A stretch of 59,477 nt of DNA, counting the filler, from an uncultured virus (IMG/VR IMGVR_UViG_2049941000_000270) (lineage: Duplodnaviria > Heunggongvirae > Uroviricota > Caudoviricetes). It is 3 parts of one record of this genome, joined end to end, with 100 filler letters (N's around TTAATTAATTAA, not from the genome) between each part and the next. Parts side by side here need not be neighbours in the genome. Positions count along the whole stretch, not along the records: positions 49,495 to 59,477 come from IMGVR_UViG_2049941000_000270; 2 more parts are not named here. One strand, 5' to 3'. The position numbers and the translations under genes were made by a program. Position 1 is the stretch's first letter; every line of letters begins with the position of its first letter. The notes below the pieces were generated by a model. The model worked only from the letters and a program-made list of their open reading frames with translations, was not told where the DNA came from and did not search any database. Positions 58,820-59,477 of this stretch are shown in pieces.

Positions 58820-59220
58820 GGTCTCTCTTTTATTTCATATCCTAATCTCAATGTCCATACATCATCAGGACAGTCATTGACCAGATCAATCACCCAGGAT
58901 CCAGGAACACTTCTCATCAGTTCATTCAGATAGTCTGTGTAATCAACCCAAGAACCAGGACCATTGTCACCACCATGTATATATGCGATATAATATCCTC
59001 CTTCTGCCTTGTACACATCCATAATACCTGGTTTTCTGTCACCTCTGTATTCAGGTAACCTTTCCTGGATATAAATATATCCTTCATCTTCCTTCGGGAG
59101 TTTTTCCCAATGTTCATCAAAATCAATACCAGGGTCATCATCAAACATATGATCCATAAATGATTCCCTTATATAGTTTTTGAACTTTATATAATCCTTA
59201 AATTCAAGTATGTTTTTCAT
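58816..59220 (-). CDS. Late hypothetical protein with capsid-targeting-like N-terminus
   Basis: MKNILEFKDYIKFKNYIRES; CATAAATA at 59247-59254 on minus strand. Confidence 0.65.
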   Translation of the reverse strand: MKNILEFKDYIKFKNYIRESFMDHMFDDDPGIDFDEHWEKLPKEDEGYIYIQERLPEYRGDRKPGIMDVYKAEGGYYIAYIHGGDNGPGSWVDYTDYLNELMRSVPGSWVIDLVNDCPDDVWTLRLGYEIKERP

Positions 59221-59246
59221 ATTAATTTAATGGTTTGAATTTATAA

Positions 59247-59291
59247 TATTTATGTAACTGATTGATTTTTATTTTAATATTTTCATAAATA
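59247..59291. promoter_or_regulatory. Divergent pair of putative late promoters
   Basis: CATAAATA on minus strand (59247-59254) and plus strand (59284-59291). Confidence 0.65.
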
Positions 59292-59477
59292 TAGTAAGAG
59301 CAGATGGATNNNNNNNNNNCAGTGCCTTTGCATTTTGCTCACAGATTGCATATTTCGGTATTGCCGGAGCNNNNNNNNNNAAAGTCAAGGTCAAAATAAG
59401 GTTTGTCATTACCCTCATCATCAGTTTCTACGATAGAACCCATAATAGATGAAATGAAGTCTGCCTTCTTCTGGAGA

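Noticed and set aside
59320..59370. Second copy of gp55-like sequence
   Set aside because: About 50 nt identical to ~2844-2894 and bounded by Ns; assembly duplicate.
1..59477. Stop-codon reassignment (TAG=Gln) as in Lak megaphages
   Set aside because: Conserved genes (dnaK, nrdD, gp32, sigma factors) are open in the standard code with no in-frame TAG breaks. The gene ends I checked use TAA or TGA, but that alone does not show recoding.

Overview
This window is a heavily gapped pseudomolecule. It has many N runs, two TTAATTAATTAA linkers at 22851 and 49439, and SNP-variant duplicate fragments. It derives from an AT-rich, T4-like (myovirus-type) jumbo phage, probably of an anaerobic Bacteroidota host, and reads in the standard genetic code. 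Recognisable content: virion genes (gp25-, gp6-, gp26-, gp14-, gp4- and gp16-like, a tape-measure-like protein), replication genes (gp32 SSB, RNase H/5'-3' exonuclease, primase fragment), two sigma factors (gp55-like and sigma70-like), a ribosomal protein S1 homolog, DnaK, a MoxR AAA+/VWA pair, a DUF1704 metallopeptidase, class III RNR (nrdD/nrdG), guanylate kinase, DNA methyltransferase fragments and two homing-endonuclease-like genes. The most striking observation is a gap-free, free-standing 211-aa intein (54197-54862) that keeps only the class I/II ribonucleotide reductase active-site extein stubs (NP|CGE) and sits directly upstream of nrdD. Three promoter classes can also be read from the sequence: a host-type TTTG-N20-TATATTTG, a middle-type TTTGTTATWTTTA often 4-6 nt before an ATG (suggesting leaderless mRNA), and a late CATAAATA. 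Other points of interest are T4-like capsid-targeting motifs, two apparently catalytically dead enzymes and an OmpA-like domain in a virion protein. All product calls come from motif recognition by eye, and gene order across N gaps is uncertain.
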